Of a stretch of 64,000 nt of DNA, positions 10,407-20,622 are shown piece by piece. The notes under the pieces are model-generated. The model had not been told where the DNA came from. It ran no database searches and saw nothing but the letters and a program-made list of their open reading frames with translations. Origin of the DNA: an uncultured delta proteobacterium (lineage in GTDB: Bacteria > Myxococcota_A > UBA9160 > UBA4427). The stretch spans positions 768,001 through 832,000 of the forward strand of contig CAWGJT010000010.1 of assembly GCA_963822965.1 (NCBI GenBank), written 5' to 3'. Position 1 is the first letter of the stretch; each line of letters starts with the position of its first letter. A program made the translations under genes and the position numbers.

Positions 10407-11387
10407 TCAGGGGAAGCAAGCCGCCTCGAGCCGCTTTGCATAGCCCCCGCCGGCCTTCGTGGTGAGGTGGTCCGGGTTCGTGAAGGAGTCCACCGCGAGA
10501 TCCAGGTCGAGGTCGACGAAGTCGACGTACGGAATCGAGAGCTCGTCCGCGAGGGTCCGCAGGGCGTTCTCGGTCTCCCGATACGCCGGATCGTTCCGGC
10601 TCACCTCGAGATAGAGGTCCGTCACGGGGGTGCGGGCGAGGCACACGCGCGCACCGCGCGCCTGCAGCAGCTCGAGCATGCGGCGGTAGGCGGCGAACCC
10701 CTCGCTGGCGACGACGCCTTGCACCGGCCGGTTCGAGTCCACCCGGGCGCGAGCCTGTCGCAGGCGTTCGGCGTCAGGGAGGGCCCGTCGAACGGCTGCC
10801 TCCCGGCGGACGACCGGGCCGTCCGTCTTGCGGCGCCCCCGGGCCACCTCCGCGGCATGCTGCAGCTTCGCCGGATCGGCCAGGCGGGCGAGCTCGCGGC
10901 TCACCCCGGGCTCGAACACGTAGAGCACGAAGGGCAGCCCCAGGTTCTGCGCGAAGTAGGCGTCGTGGCCCTGGGCCTTCCGCTGCTGCATGACGGGGTT
11001 GAAGAGCTGGGGGCTCGCCTCGACGATCACCCGGCCCGGCGCCCGGTGCCGGTAGTACTCGCGCGCCACGATCTCGAGCGCGTGCGGGGACGAGCCCGCG
11101 CGGGCCAGGTTCGCGAAGGTCTCGGAGTTGATGAAGGCCCGGTAGAGGTGCGAGTCGCCGAGGACCGCGTCGGCGCGTGGCGCGTCGTAGACGAGCGCGA
11201 CCCGGTTCGCCCGTCCGTCCTCGATGGGAACGACGTAGCGGCGCAGCAGCCCCTCGGCGAGGGCGAGCGCGAGCCCGGCTCCCAACGCCACGATGAGCAG
11301 GTAGCGAACGGCGGCTCGCGCCTCGCTCCCGCCACCGGCGTCCGAAGCGCCGGAGACGTCAGAAGAACCGGTAGATGAACTCTTCAT
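10407..11387 (-). CDS. SGNH-like/DltD-AlgJ-type periplasmic partner of the MBOAT
   Basis: ATG 11387 overlaps the MBOAT 3' end; N-terminal TM helix, LGDSH and TNPDHL motifs. Confidence 0.65.
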   Translation of the reverse strand: MKSSSTGSSDVSGASDAGGGSEARAAVRYLLIVALGAGLALALAEGLLRRYVVPIEDGRANRVALVYDAPRADAVLGDSHLYRAFINSETFANLARAGSSPHALEIVAREYYRHRAPGRVIVEASPQLFNPVMQQRKAQGHDAYFAQNLGLPFVLYVFEPGVSRELARLADPAKLQHAAEVARGRRKTDGPVVRREAAVRRALPDAERLRQARARVDSNRPVQGVVASEGFAAYRRMLELLQARGARVCLARTPVTDLYLEVSRNDPAYRETENALRTLADELSIPYVDFVDLDLDLAVDSFTNPDHLTTKAGGGYAKRLEAACFP

Positions 11388-12912
11388 AGCCTTCCGTGAA
11401 GATCGCGTAGAGCGAGGGAAGCAGGCAGCCCAGGGCGAAGAGCGCCCATCCGGGGGTCGGTCGCCAGCGCAGGCGGGCGGGGATGGGCTCGTGCGCGAAG
11501 CGCCGGAGGTCGAGGGCGGGGTCGTAGTCGGCCAGGATCTCCTGGGTGTTGGGCGCTCCCCAGACGACGGCGAGCAGCAGGGCGCCGGCGGCGAGGCCGG
11601 GCCATCCGACGGTCCCCGCGAAGCGCTGGGTCGCCTCGCTCGAGAAGGCGCCCGGGAGATCGCCCATGGCTCCGAGGATGGCGCCGGCGACGCCGAGGTC
11701 GCCGGCCCGGAAGACCACGAAGGTCGCCGCCAGGGTGGCCAGCAGCAGGCTGCGACCCAGCCCATGGGCGAGGGGCGCCGGCAGGCGCCCCGCCAGCCCC
11801 AGACGCCTCTTGAGAGCGACCCAGCCGTCGTGCAGCACGAGCAGCACGCCGTGCAGGCCGCCCCACAGGACGAAGGTCCACCCGGCGCCGTGCCAGAGCC
11901 CGCACAGCAGCATGGTGACGAGCTGGCCGACGACCACCGCCGTCGCGTCCCAGCGCGGTCCGCCCCGGCGCATGATGCCGCGGCTGATCGGAAAGAAGAG
12001 GAAGAGCCGCAGCCAGCGGGTGAGCGTGATGTGCCAGCGGCGCCAGAACTCGTTGATGTCGGCCGCCTTGTAGGGGGAGTGGAAGTTGAGGGGCAGCGTG
12101 ATCCCGAAGCAGCGGGACAGTCCGAGCGCCATGTCCGAGTACCCCGAGAAGTCGAAGTACACCTGGAACGTGAATCCCAGGGCGGCCGTCCAGGCCTCCC
12201 CGAACGTGAGGGGGACGCCGGCATGGGCCAGGTCGAAGAGGGCGCCCGCGCGGCCCGCCACGGCGTCGGCGAGCACCACCTTCTTGAAGAGACCCATCAC
12301 GAAGAGGGTCCCGCCGGCGGCGACGTCGAGCGCGCGCGGCCGCCGCGCCGCCAGCGCCGCGACCTGGCCCATCATCTCGCGGTGATGGACGATCGGGCCG
12401 GCGACCTGCTTCGGAAAGAATCCGACGAAGAGCGCATAGTCGAGGAAGCTTCGCTCGCGGACGCTCCCTTCCGCGGTGTCCACCAGGTAGGCGATCTGCT
12501 GGAACGTGAAGAAGGAGATCGCCAGCGGCAGCCCGACGCGCTCGAGCCCCGGAGCGAGCCCGCCCGCCGCTCCCGCGAGGGCCAGCAGCTGGTCGAGGGT
12601 CTCGAGGGCGAAGTGGGCGTACTTGAACCAGGCGAGCCCGGCGAGGTTCGCGACGACGCCGAGCCAGAGCCAGAAGCGACGCGCTCGCTCGCTGCCCGCG
12701 TCCTGGATGCGCAGGCCGACGGCGAAGTTCGCCGCGATCGAGCCGGCGAAGACCGCCAGGAAATGGGGCTGGGCCTGGGCGTAGAAGAGCGCCGAGGCCG
12801 TCACCAGCCAGGCCACCGCGACGCGGACGCGACCGACCCGCTGGATCGCCAGGAACCCGCCGAGCACGATCGGCAGGAAGACGAACAGGAAGAGAGTCGA
12901 TTGGAAGAGCAT
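11359..12912 (-). CDS. MBOAT family O-acyltransferase (AlgI/PatA/DltB-like)
   Basis: PLAISFFTFQQIAYLVD, DFSGYSDMALG, FWRRWHITL, GLWHGA. Confidence 0.92.
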   Translation of the reverse strand: MLFQSTLFLFVFLPIVLGGFLAIQRVGRVRVAVAWLVTASALFYAQAQPHFLAVFAGSIAANFAVGLRIQDAGSERARRFWLWLGVVANLAGLAWFKYAHFALETLDQLLALAGAAGGLAPGLERVGLPLAISFFTFQQIAYLVDTAEGSVRERSFLDYALFVGFFPKQVAGPIVHHREMMGQVAALAARRPRALDVAAGGTLFVMGLFKKVVLADAVAGRAGALFDLAHAGVPLTFGEAWTAALGFTFQVYFDFSGYSDMALGLSRCFGITLPLNFHSPYKAADINEFWRRWHITLTRWLRLFLFFPISRGIMRRGGPRWDATAVVVGQLVTMLLCGLWHGAGWTFVLWGGLHGVLLVLHDGWVALKRRLGLAGRLPAPLAHGLGRSLLLATLAATFVVFRAGDLGVAGAILGAMGDLPGAFSSEATQRFAGTVGWPGLAAGALLLAVVWGAPNTQEILADYDPALDLRRFAHEPIPARLRWRPTPGWALFALGCLLPSLYAIFTEGYEEFIYRFF

Positions 12913-13003
12913 CGCTTCGGGGGCGCGAGGATATGCCCGGGCCGGGCGGGCGTGCTACCCCTGCCCGCGCCCGCCGGCATTCCGGCCCCGCTCGCGAGAT
13001 CTG

Positions 13004-13870
13004 GTGACGACCCTCGACGGACTCCTGACGCTCCTCGACCTCGAGGCCCTCGAGGTCAACCTCTTCCGCGGCCGCAGCCCCGACGAGGATCGCCAGCGGG
13101 TGTTCGGCGGTCAGGTGCTGGCCCAGGCCCTCGAGGCCGCGCGTCGCACCGTCGAGGCGGACCGCACCCCTCACAGCTTCCACGCCTACTTCCTGCGACC
13201 GGGAGACCCGTCGGCGCCCATCCTCTACCAGGTGGATCGCATCCGGGACGGGCGCAGCTTCACCACCCGGCGCATCGTCGCCATCCAGCACGGCAAGGCG
13301 ATCCTCAACATGTCGGCGTCGTTCCAGGTGGAGGAGCCGGGCTTCGAGCACCAGATGTCCATGCCCGAGTCGCCGCCGCCCGAGGCGCTTCCCGACGACG
13401 CGCAGCTCTTCGAACGCTTCCGGCACTCGGCGCCGCCGGGGATCGACGAGCAGGCAGGCTGGATGTCCGAGACCGAGCGGGCCATCGAGCAGCGCTACGC
13501 GGACCCGATCAACTGGTTCGCCCCGGAGCCCCAGGAGCCGCGCCAGCGGGTGTGGCTGCGGGCAAGCGCGCGGCTCCCGGACGATCCCGGGCTCCACGCG
13601 GTGGTGCTCGCCTACGCGTCGGACCTGTCGCTGCTCGACGCCGTCACGCTGCCGCACGCCATCACGTACTTCGACGATGCCATGCAGATCGCGAGCCTCG
13701 ACCACGCCATGTGGTTCCATCGTGCGTTCCGGGCGGACGACTGGCTGCTCTATGCCTCGGATTCGCCGTCGGCTTCGAACTCCCGGGGCTTCGCCCGGGG
13801 CAGCGTCTTCGACCGCAGCGGCCGGCTGGTGGCCTCGGTCACCCAGGAAGGGCTGATCCGCAAGCGCTGA
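13004..13870 (+). CDS. tesB: Acyl-CoA thioesterase II
   Basis: VFGGQVLAQAL, RDGRSFTTR, ASLDHAMWFH, VTQEGLIR. Confidence 0.93.
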   Translation: MTTLDGLLTLLDLEALEVNLFRGRSPDEDRQRVFGGQVLAQALEAARRTVEADRTPHSFHAYFLRPGDPSAPILYQVDRIRDGRSFTTRRIVAIQHGKAILNMSASFQVEEPGFEHQMSMPESPPPEALPDDAQLFERFRHSAPPGIDEQAGWMSETERAIEQRYADPINWFAPEPQEPRQRVWLRASARLPDDPGLHAVVLAYASDLSLLDAVTLPHAITYFDDAMQIASLDHAMWFHRAFRADDWLLYASDSPSASNSRGFARGSVFDRSGRLVASVTQEGLIRKR

Positions 13871-13938
13871 CGCCGCCGACGAGAGCACGCCGAGCGCCTG
13901 GCGTTCGCCGGCGGAAATTGCGTCGGGGATCCGGGCGC

Positions 13939-16900
13939 TTACCCGGGTTTCCTCGACCAATCTCTTGCTTGGTCTTCCTGGGCGCGCACGCGCTCCTCGG
14001 CGCGCCGGAGGCGCTGGGTCAGCACCTTGAAGATCTCGAACGAGATCTCCGGAGACTGGAGGATCAGGTCCATGAAGCGCGTCCCGTCGAGGGTGAGCAG
14101 CCGGGCGTCCCGGGTGACCACGACCGTGGCGCTCCGGGGCGCGCTGTCGAAGATCGCGATCTCGCCGAAGTACCCCACGCCGCTCGGGCTCATGGTGGTG
14201 AGCTCGATCGCATCGGGCGTACCGTGGTTCTTCACGGCTACCGCCTCTCCTTCGAGCATCACGTAGAGCTCTTCTCCGGGCTCTCCCTCGCGCACCACCA
14301 CCTCGCCCGCCAGGTACTGGGCCTCGTTCATGAAGCGTCCGATGGCCTCGAGCTGCTCGAGGGAGAGGTGCGCGAAGAGCGGGACGCGTCGGAGCGCCAG
14401 CATCGTCTCCATGGTGTGGACCTCCGGTGGGGATTCGCCGTTGGGGAGCGACGGGTTGCCTGTCACGGCGAGCTTGAGCCAGCGGTCCGGGGATTCCCCG
14501 GCGCGGCTCAGGACGTCGTTCAGCACGCGCGGAATGCGGACGGTGTTCGAGAGAGCGGGTAGCTTGTCCACGACGGGTCCGTCCTCGAGCAGCAGCGCCA
14601 GCTGCTGGGCGGAGTTCCGGTCGCCGAGGTTGCTCAGCACTTCGAGCGCGTCGGAGCGCCGCCGTACGGACGCGTAGCCCAGCGCTTTGCGCACGCTGCG
14701 GACGACGATCGGATCCTCGAGCAGCTCGAGCGTGCGGAAGGCCATCCAGGTGCTGCGGTCGCGCGCATTCTGGAGAGCCGTGCGCAGGAAGCGTCGGGCG
14801 AGGTCTCCCTCGTCGGGCACCAGCTGCAGGCCGGCGAGGCACTCCCAGGCCTCGTGGACCCGCTCGCGGAAGACGCGCTCGAGGATCGGGCGCGAGCCCT
14901 CGGTTCGCGCGCGGGCCACCGCGAGCAGGGCGGCGTCCGCGGTCCAACGCCGGAGGCTGTCCACCGATCCCTGGGCGGCGCGGACGCCGACCTCGCCCAT
15001 GGCCGCCAGGCCGGCGGCTGCCTCCGCGCGCACGCCGCGGTCCACGTCGTCGAGGGAGCGGGCGAGGAGGCCCGCGCTGTGCTCGTCTTTTCGCCCCCGG
15101 AGCGCCCGCAGCGCCGCCCTGCGAACCCGCGCGTCCGGATGTGCGAGGTCGCGCTCCAGCCGGTCGGCGGAGAGCGCGTCGGCGGCGTCGAGGCGCGTCA
15201 CGGTGTCGAGGGCCGCAGCGCGCACGGCGGGGTCGGCGTCGTCGAGTCGGTCCTGCGCCTCGTCGAGCAGCTCCCGGGGAAGGCGCCGCAGCGCTTCGAT
15301 CGCCGCGTTCGGGTCGTCCTGGCCGATCATGCGCTGCAGGACGTCCAGGCCTTCGCCGGACAGGTGCACGGCGGCCTCCGCACGCACCCGGGCGTCGCGA
15401 TCGTCGAGGCGCCCCCGCAGTCCGGCCACCAGGGCATCGGGAAGCGAAGCCAGCGCGCCCGCCGCCCGGGCGGCGGCGAGCCGGACCGAGGCCTCGGGAT
15501 CTTCGAGGGCGCCGACGAGCAGCTGGGCCAGTCCCGGGTCGGAGGCGCCGGCGAGGGCCTCGATGCAGGCCACCCGGACGCCGGCGTTCGGGTGCGCGGC
15601 GTTGCGCAGCAACGGCTCGACCACGCCGTGCCGGGCGAAGAGCGGCGGGAGATCGAGCCATCCCCGGGGCGGGTCGGCCTCCTCCGCCAACGAGGTCTGC
15701 CACTGCGCGCCGAGCCGGGCGATCTCGATCTCGCCGAGGTCGGCCCCGACGGCGTCGAGATCCAGGCGGCCGCTGCGCAGCTCGGCGACGAGGCTCCGCA
15801 GGTACTCCCGCCGCACGCGCAGGTTCGCGAAGAGGTAGAGGCCGGCCGCCGCGATGCCCACCGCGCACAGGGCGCGGTGGTCGAGTCGGCCGTCGATGAG
15901 GAGCAGGGCGAGGCCCGCCACGGACATCGACGCGTAGTAGACCATGCCCTCCAGGAAGGCTCGCATGCGGCCGCGAAAGCGGAAGGGCAGGGCGTTGTAC
16001 GCGAGCGAGCGGACGGTGCTCGCCAGCGAGTTGTCCAGCAGCTCGCGGTTCGCGCGAGCGAGGACGCCTACGACGAGACGGGGATCGACGGCCAGGGCGC
16101 CGAAGGTCAGCAGGGTCAGCAGGGGATGCACGAGATTCGCCTGGGCGATCCCGAGACGGCGCAGCAGGGCCGGGGTCACCACCCGGGCCACCACGATCTC
16201 GATGCCGTTGGTGACGGCGAGGTAGACGCCGAAGAAGGAGGCCAGGGCTTCCGGGCTCCGGAATGCGTTGGTGAAGATCTCCATCTCCAGGAACTGCATC
16301 AGCAGGAGCGCGAGCACCATGCCGATGACCGAGAGGGTGAGCCACCGTGCCAGGGGTGAACGCCCGACGAACCGGAGCGCGGCCCGCATTCCCTCCGCGG
16401 AGCTCTCGTCGGCCTCGCTGCCCACCGGGAACCAGCGTTTGAGGTTGCGCCGCGAGCGCTGCACCAGCCCGGCGGCCAGCAGCAGGAAGAGCGCCCACAT
16501 GACGATGAGGCTCTCGGTGGGTGCCACCCGGGAGAGCAGCACGCCCAGGCTGCCGCCGATGATGCCGCCCAGGCTGCCGTTCATGACCAGGTAGGGGAAT
16601 ACGCGCTTGCTCGACAGCGTGTCGAAGTAGTCCGCGGCGAACGTCCAGTAGTGCAGGTAGAGGATCACGGCCTGGGTGAGGTAGGCGCCGCAGAAGAAGG
16701 CCAGGAGCACCCAGCGCGCTCCCGCGAGTGCGAAGTAGACACCCCCGAGCAGCAGGAGGGCCGCGCCGCAGAGGACGGCGACGTAGAGGGCGTCGTTGCG
16801 CACCTTGCCCACCGCGAAGGCGTAGGCGAGGGAGCCCGTCACCGACACGACCGAGGCCAGGATGAACGCGGCCGGGAGCGCCTGCGGGCCGAGTCCGGCT

Positions 16901-17055
16901 AGGAAGAGGGCGTCGCTGCCCGCGAGCCCCACGGTCTGCGCCAGGGTGATGAGGGTGGCGAGGGCGGCGAAGAAGCGGAAGCGCTCGCGCTCGCGCGGGC
17001 GCACGTCGGGGAAGAGCCGCCAGAAGATGCCGTTGCCGTCGGGAGTCGGGGTCAT
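13939..17055 (-). CDS. NTT/TLC-like MFS membrane domain + HEAT repeats + C-terminal cyclic-nucleotide-binding domain
   Basis: About 12 TM N-terminus (YWTFAADYFDTLSSKRVFP), repeated D...VRxAA HEAT motifs, FGEIAIFDSAPRSATV phosphate-binding cassette; TACAAT at 17094-17089 upstream. Confidence 0.8.
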   Translation of the reverse strand: MTPTPDGNGIFWRLFPDVRPRERERFRFFAALATLITLAQTVGLAGSDALFLAGLGPQALPAAFILASVVSVTGSLAYAFAVGKVRNDALYVAVLCGAALLLLGGVYFALAGARWVLLAFFCGAYLTQAVILYLHYWTFAADYFDTLSSKRVFPYLVMNGSLGGIIGGSLGVLLSRVAPTESLIVMWALFLLLAAGLVQRSRRNLKRWFPVGSEADESSAEGMRAALRFVGRSPLARWLTLSVIGMVLALLLMQFLEMEIFTNAFRSPEALASFFGVYLAVTNGIEIVVARVVTPALLRRLGIAQANLVHPLLTLLTFGALAVDPRLVVGVLARANRELLDNSLASTVRSLAYNALPFRFRGRMRAFLEGMVYYASMSVAGLALLLIDGRLDHRALCAVGIAAAGLYLFANLRVRREYLRSLVAELRSGRLDLDAVGADLGEIEIARLGAQWQTSLAEEADPPRGWLDLPPLFARHGVVEPLLRNAAHPNAGVRVACIEALAGASDPGLAQLLVGALEDPEASVRLAAARAAGALASLPDALVAGLRGRLDDRDARVRAEAAVHLSGEGLDVLQRMIGQDDPNAAIEALRRLPRELLDEAQDRLDDADPAVRAAALDTVTRLDAADALSADRLERDLAHPDARVRRAALRALRGRKDEHSAGLLARSLDDVDRGVRAEAAAGLAAMGEVGVRAAQGSVDSLRRWTADAALLAVARARTEGSRPILERVFRERVHEAWECLAGLQLVPDEGDLARRFLRTALQNARDRSTWMAFRTLELLEDPIVVRSVRKALGYASVRRRSDALEVLSNLGDRNSAQQLALLLEDGPVVDKLPALSNTVRIPRVLNDVLSRAGESPDRWLKLAVTGNPSLPNGESPPEVHTMETMLALRRVPLFAHLSLEQLEAIGRFMNEAQYLAGEVVVREGEPGEELYVMLEGEAVAVKNHGTPDAIELTTMSPSGVGYFGEIAIFDSAPRSATVVVTRDARLLTLDGTRFMDLILQSPEISFEIFKVLTQRLRRAEERVRAQEDQARDWSRKPG

Positions 17056-17158
17056 CGGTGGTGCGCGCCCGTCGAGTGCGCGCCACGCATTGTACCCGCT
17101 GCCGGGCGAGCGCATCCCCTCGGAAGCGGGGGCGCTCCCCGGGGTGAGCGGTCTCCCG

Positions 17159-18968
17159 TTAGGCGGAGGCCCTCTCGATGGGCAGACGCACCCGGAAGAT
17201 CGTCCCGATGCCGGGGGTCGAGTCGACGGTGATCTCGCCCCCGTGACGCTTGACGATCTCGTAGGAGATGGAGAGGCCCAGCCCGGTTCCTTCTCCGACG
17301 CTCTTGGTCGTGTAGAAGGGATCGAAGATGCGTTCGAGGTCCGCCTGCTCGATTCCGCTTCCGTCGTCGCTCACGGCGAGGCGGACGAAGTCGCCCTCCT
17401 TCCGCGTTGAGATCCGGATGAGACCGCTCTCGCCGACGGCGTCGGCAGCGTTGATGAGCAGGTTCAGGACCACCTGCTGTACCTCCCGCGCCGAGCCGAG
17501 GAACGGCGGCAGGTCGCCATAGTCGAGCTCGACGTCGATCCCGGCCGAGAGACGGGGGGCCGCCATGCGGTGCGCGGCGGAGACGATCTCGTTCAGGTCG
17601 AGCGGCTCCCGCACCGCGCTCCCGGCGTGCGAGAACTCCCGGATGCCGCGCACGATCGCCGCCGTCCGGGCGACCCCTTCGAGGGACTCGTCGATCAGCT
17701 CCTGTCCCTCGGTGTAGAGGGCGTCGACTCCGGCGGCGAGCTTCGCGCGGCCATCGGACTTCGTCTCGCCCGGCGGCCCGCTTCGCCCGCCGAGGGACAA
17801 GGCGTCGGATGCCAGCTCCCGGAACGCGTCCCAGTGCTGGCGGAGCATCACGAGATTCGCCCGCACGTAGGCGACCGGGTTGTTGATCTCGTGGGCGATT
17901 CCGGCCGCGAGCTGGCCGACCGCGGCCATGCGGCCGGAGAGGAGCAGGCGTTTTCGCAGGTTCACGAGCTCGCGCTCGTCGCGCACGACCACCGCGGCGC
18001 CCGCCGCCTCGCCCTGCCGGTTCCGCAGGATCGAGGTCGAGATGGAGACGGGGAAGCTCGCGCCCGCGAGGGGTCGGATCTCGCACTCCAGCCCGCCCTC
18101 GGTCTCGAGGGCCTTGTGGAGGTCGCAGCTGAACAGGTCCTGGAAGCTCGCCCCGCAGAGGGCTCGACGCGAGCAGCCCGCGAGGCGTGCCATGGCCTCG
18201 TTGCTGGTTCGGATGCGTCCGTCCAGGCGCAGCATCACGAGCCCTTCGTGCATGGTGTGCACGATCTCTGCCGCGTACGCGGCGGGCACCAGCAGCGCGT
18301 AGCCGTAGCGATACAGGCTCCAGGCGATGGTCGCCCCGAGCACGATGAAGGTCGACGTGCCGAGGCGGATCGTGTGGATCGCCCAGGAAGGGCAGGACAC
18401 CGTCGCTCACCGAGGCGATCAGCAGCGGCGCGAGGATGCCCGCGCCCACCCAGCAGGCCTGCTTGCGCTCGGCCCGGGAGGGAAGGCGCCGGTAGGCCCG
18501 GGCGCCCAGCGCGAGCCCCCACACCATGGCGACCACCGTGAACAGCCAGAAGACGGGGTAGGCGGGGCCGAGCGTGTAGCTGAAGCCCCAGGGCGTCTCG
18601 ACGACGCCTGCGTGGACGAGGTCCGTGGTCCAGTCGAGCAGCAGGAACGCGGCCGATGCGAGGTAGAGCCTGGGCAGGATGCGTCGGATCTCGTGGGCCG
18701 GCTCGCCGGTCACCTCGATGACCAGGTGGAGCGCCAGGGGGCCCAGCATCACCCAGCCGAGGGCCGAGAGCTTGACGAGCCACAGGGCCACGGTGGGGTC
18801 GCTGGCGTTGGCCCAGAGCACCTCGCAGAAGGCCCAGAAGGCGCCGCCGTAGAGCACGGTCGCCGAGAGCCGGCTCGCTCCGCTCGTGGAGTCCCGCGCC
18901 AGGATCGCGGTGGCGAGCATCGCCGACACGACGCAGGCGACGAGGGGCAGCAGCATGTAGAAGGACAT
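17159..18968 (-). CDS. Sensor histidine kinase (HisKA_7TM-like N-terminus, PAS, HisKA, HATPase); frameshift near 18381
   Basis: N-part in ORF 17052..18980, C-part in ORF 17159..18400 with AAGIAHEINNP, NLLINAADA, FYTTK..GEGTGLGL. Confidence 0.85.
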
Positions 18969-19045
18969 CGCCGCGCCCATCGGCCGGACGGGGGCTGCGC
19001 TTGATGCTGGGGCCGCCCAGGGCCCACGCGGGGCCAGCCGCGGGG

Positions 19046-20017
19046 CTACCTCGCGGCCAGCTCGGCCATCAGCCCGAACAGCTCGACGGGACCCGGTCGC
19101 TCCCCCGTGGCGCCGAACTCACGGTAGAGGCTGTGGACGTTCACCACGATCCGTTCCGGGTCGCTCCACGACGCGAAGGCGCCGAGATCGATGTCCCGGG
19201 CTGCCTCGGTGGCGGACAGCCCGGCGTCGAAGCGCTGGCGCGCCTCGTCGCGAACGTAGACGAGGTAGTCGCGGACGGCGCGGACGCCCGAGGCGTCGGT
19301 CACGGGACCGTGGCCCGGCACCACGACGGTCGCACCGAGGGCGTCGATCCGGTCGCAGGCGGCGATCCAGTTGCCGACGGGTCCCTCCCACATGATGGGG
19401 GTGCCCTCGATGAACAGGATGTCGCCCGTGAAGACCACCCCGGCGTCCGGCACGTGCACGATGACGTCGCCTCGGGTGTGGGCGGGGCCCACCTCGACGA
19501 GATCGACGCGCCGATCTCCGACGCGGAGCTCGAGCTCGCCCGAGAAGGTGCGCGAGACGGGCGGGACCTGGATCCCGGTGAAGTCGAAGGCTCCGAAGCA
19601 GTGCCGGAAGAAGGCACCCGCCGGACCGAGCTGGTCGGCGTTGTCGAGCAGCGCCGCCATCATGGCCGGCGCCACCTCGGCGATCTCCAGAGCGGTGGCC
19701 GCGGAGGTGACGATGGTGGCCCCGGCGACCAGCTGGTTGCCGTAGCAGTGGTCGCCGTTCGCGTGGGTGTTCACGAGAGTGTCGATGGCGCGGGCCGCAG
19801 GCGCCGCCCGGCGCATGGCGTCCAGCATCTCGGCGGTGAGCCGCAGGTCGAAGAGGGTGTCGACGAGCAGCGACGCCTCGCCGTCGGTCACGAGACCGGC
19901 GTTGCTGAAGCCCCAGGATCCGTCGGGCTGGAGCCAGGCGTGGACGTCCCGTCCGATCTCGTGCAGCCCCTTCTCGAAGGGAACGCCTCCGGTGTGCGCG
20001 GTCGTCTTTCGTCCCAT
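19046..20017 (-). CDS. MBL-fold metallo-hydrolase (cyclase-like)
   Basis: NTHANGDHCYGN, GPAHTRGD, FTGDILF, VPGHG. Confidence 0.88.
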   Translation of the reverse strand: MGRKTTAHTGGVPFEKGLHEIGRDVHAWLQPDGSWGFSNAGLVTDGEASLLVDTLFDLRLTAEMLDAMRRAAPAARAIDTLVNTHANGDHCYGNQLVAGATIVTSAATALEIAEVAPAMMAALLDNADQLGPAGAFFRHCFGAFDFTGIQVPPVSRTFSGELELRVGDRRVDLVEVGPAHTRGDVIVHVPDAGVVFTGDILFIEGTPIMWEGPVGNWIAACDRIDALGATVVVPGHGPVTDASGVRAVRDYLVYVRDEARQRFDAGLSATEAARDIDLGAFASWSDPERIVVNVHSLYREFGATGERPGPVELFGLMAELAAR

Positions 20018-20026
20018 TGCAGGTCC

Positions 20027-20512
20027 TCACTGCCCGTCGCGAGGGGGCGTGACGTCGATGATCCGGTGGGGGTGTCGCCGGTCGGGCTCGCCGGGCGACA
20101 CCCCGGGGTCGAAGCGGACCGAGTGGTGCACGTCCACGTGGACGCGATTCTCCCGCACGGCCCGCTCGAAGCGACGCACCAGCTCGCGCTTGACGACCCG
20201 GCGGAACGCCGGGACGAGACACAGGAAGCCGAAGGCGTCGGTCACGACACCCGGCGTGACGAGCAGGGCCGAAGCCACCAGGATCAGCAGCCCGTCGATC
20301 AGGGAGTCGGCGGGCATCTCGCCCCGGCCCAGCTGCTCCTGGACGCGAGAGAACGCCTGCAGGCCCTGGTGCCGGGCCAGGGACGCCCCGATCACGCCGG
20401 TGACGACGATCAGGGCGAGGGTCTCGAAGGTTCCGATGCGGCGCCCGATCTCGATGAGGAGCGCCAGCTCGATCGCGGGGAGCGCGATGAAGAGCAGCAG
20501 CAGACGGCCCAT
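20027..20512 (-). CDS. fxsA: FxsA family membrane protein
   Basis: IELALLIEIG...ARHQG...LLVTPGVVTDAFG. Confidence 0.85.
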   Translation of the reverse strand: MGRLLLLFIALPAIELALLIEIGRRIGTFETLALIVVTGVIGASLARHQGLQAFSRVQEQLGRGEMPADSLIDGLLILVASALLVTPGVVTDAFGFLCLVPAFRRVVKRELVRRFERAVRENRVHVDVHHSVRFDPGVSPGEPDRRHPHRIIDVTPPRDGQ

Positions 20513-20550
20513 CGCCGGAGCATCGCACAGGGGGCGCGGTCGGGCCGATC

Positions 20551-20622
20551 CCGAGGCTCGAGCCCGAATCGGCTCGGAGGCCGAAGCCCGGGTCTACGCG
20601 GAGGCCGAAGCCCGGATCGCGC
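20551..20622. repeat. Three imperfect 24-bp tandem units (core GAGGCCGAAGCCCGG) spanning the stop codon of the PEP-CTERM gene
   Basis: ccgaggctcgagcccgaatcggct / cggaggccgaagcccgggtctacg / cggaggccgaagcccggatcgcgc. Confidence 0.6.

Noticed and set aside
11384..17086. Very long Arg/Pro/Gly-rich ORFs (e.g. 1900 aa here; also 11491..14562, 37546..40122, 57465..61199)
   Set aside because: Shadow frames of real genes caused by stop-codon scarcity at high GC
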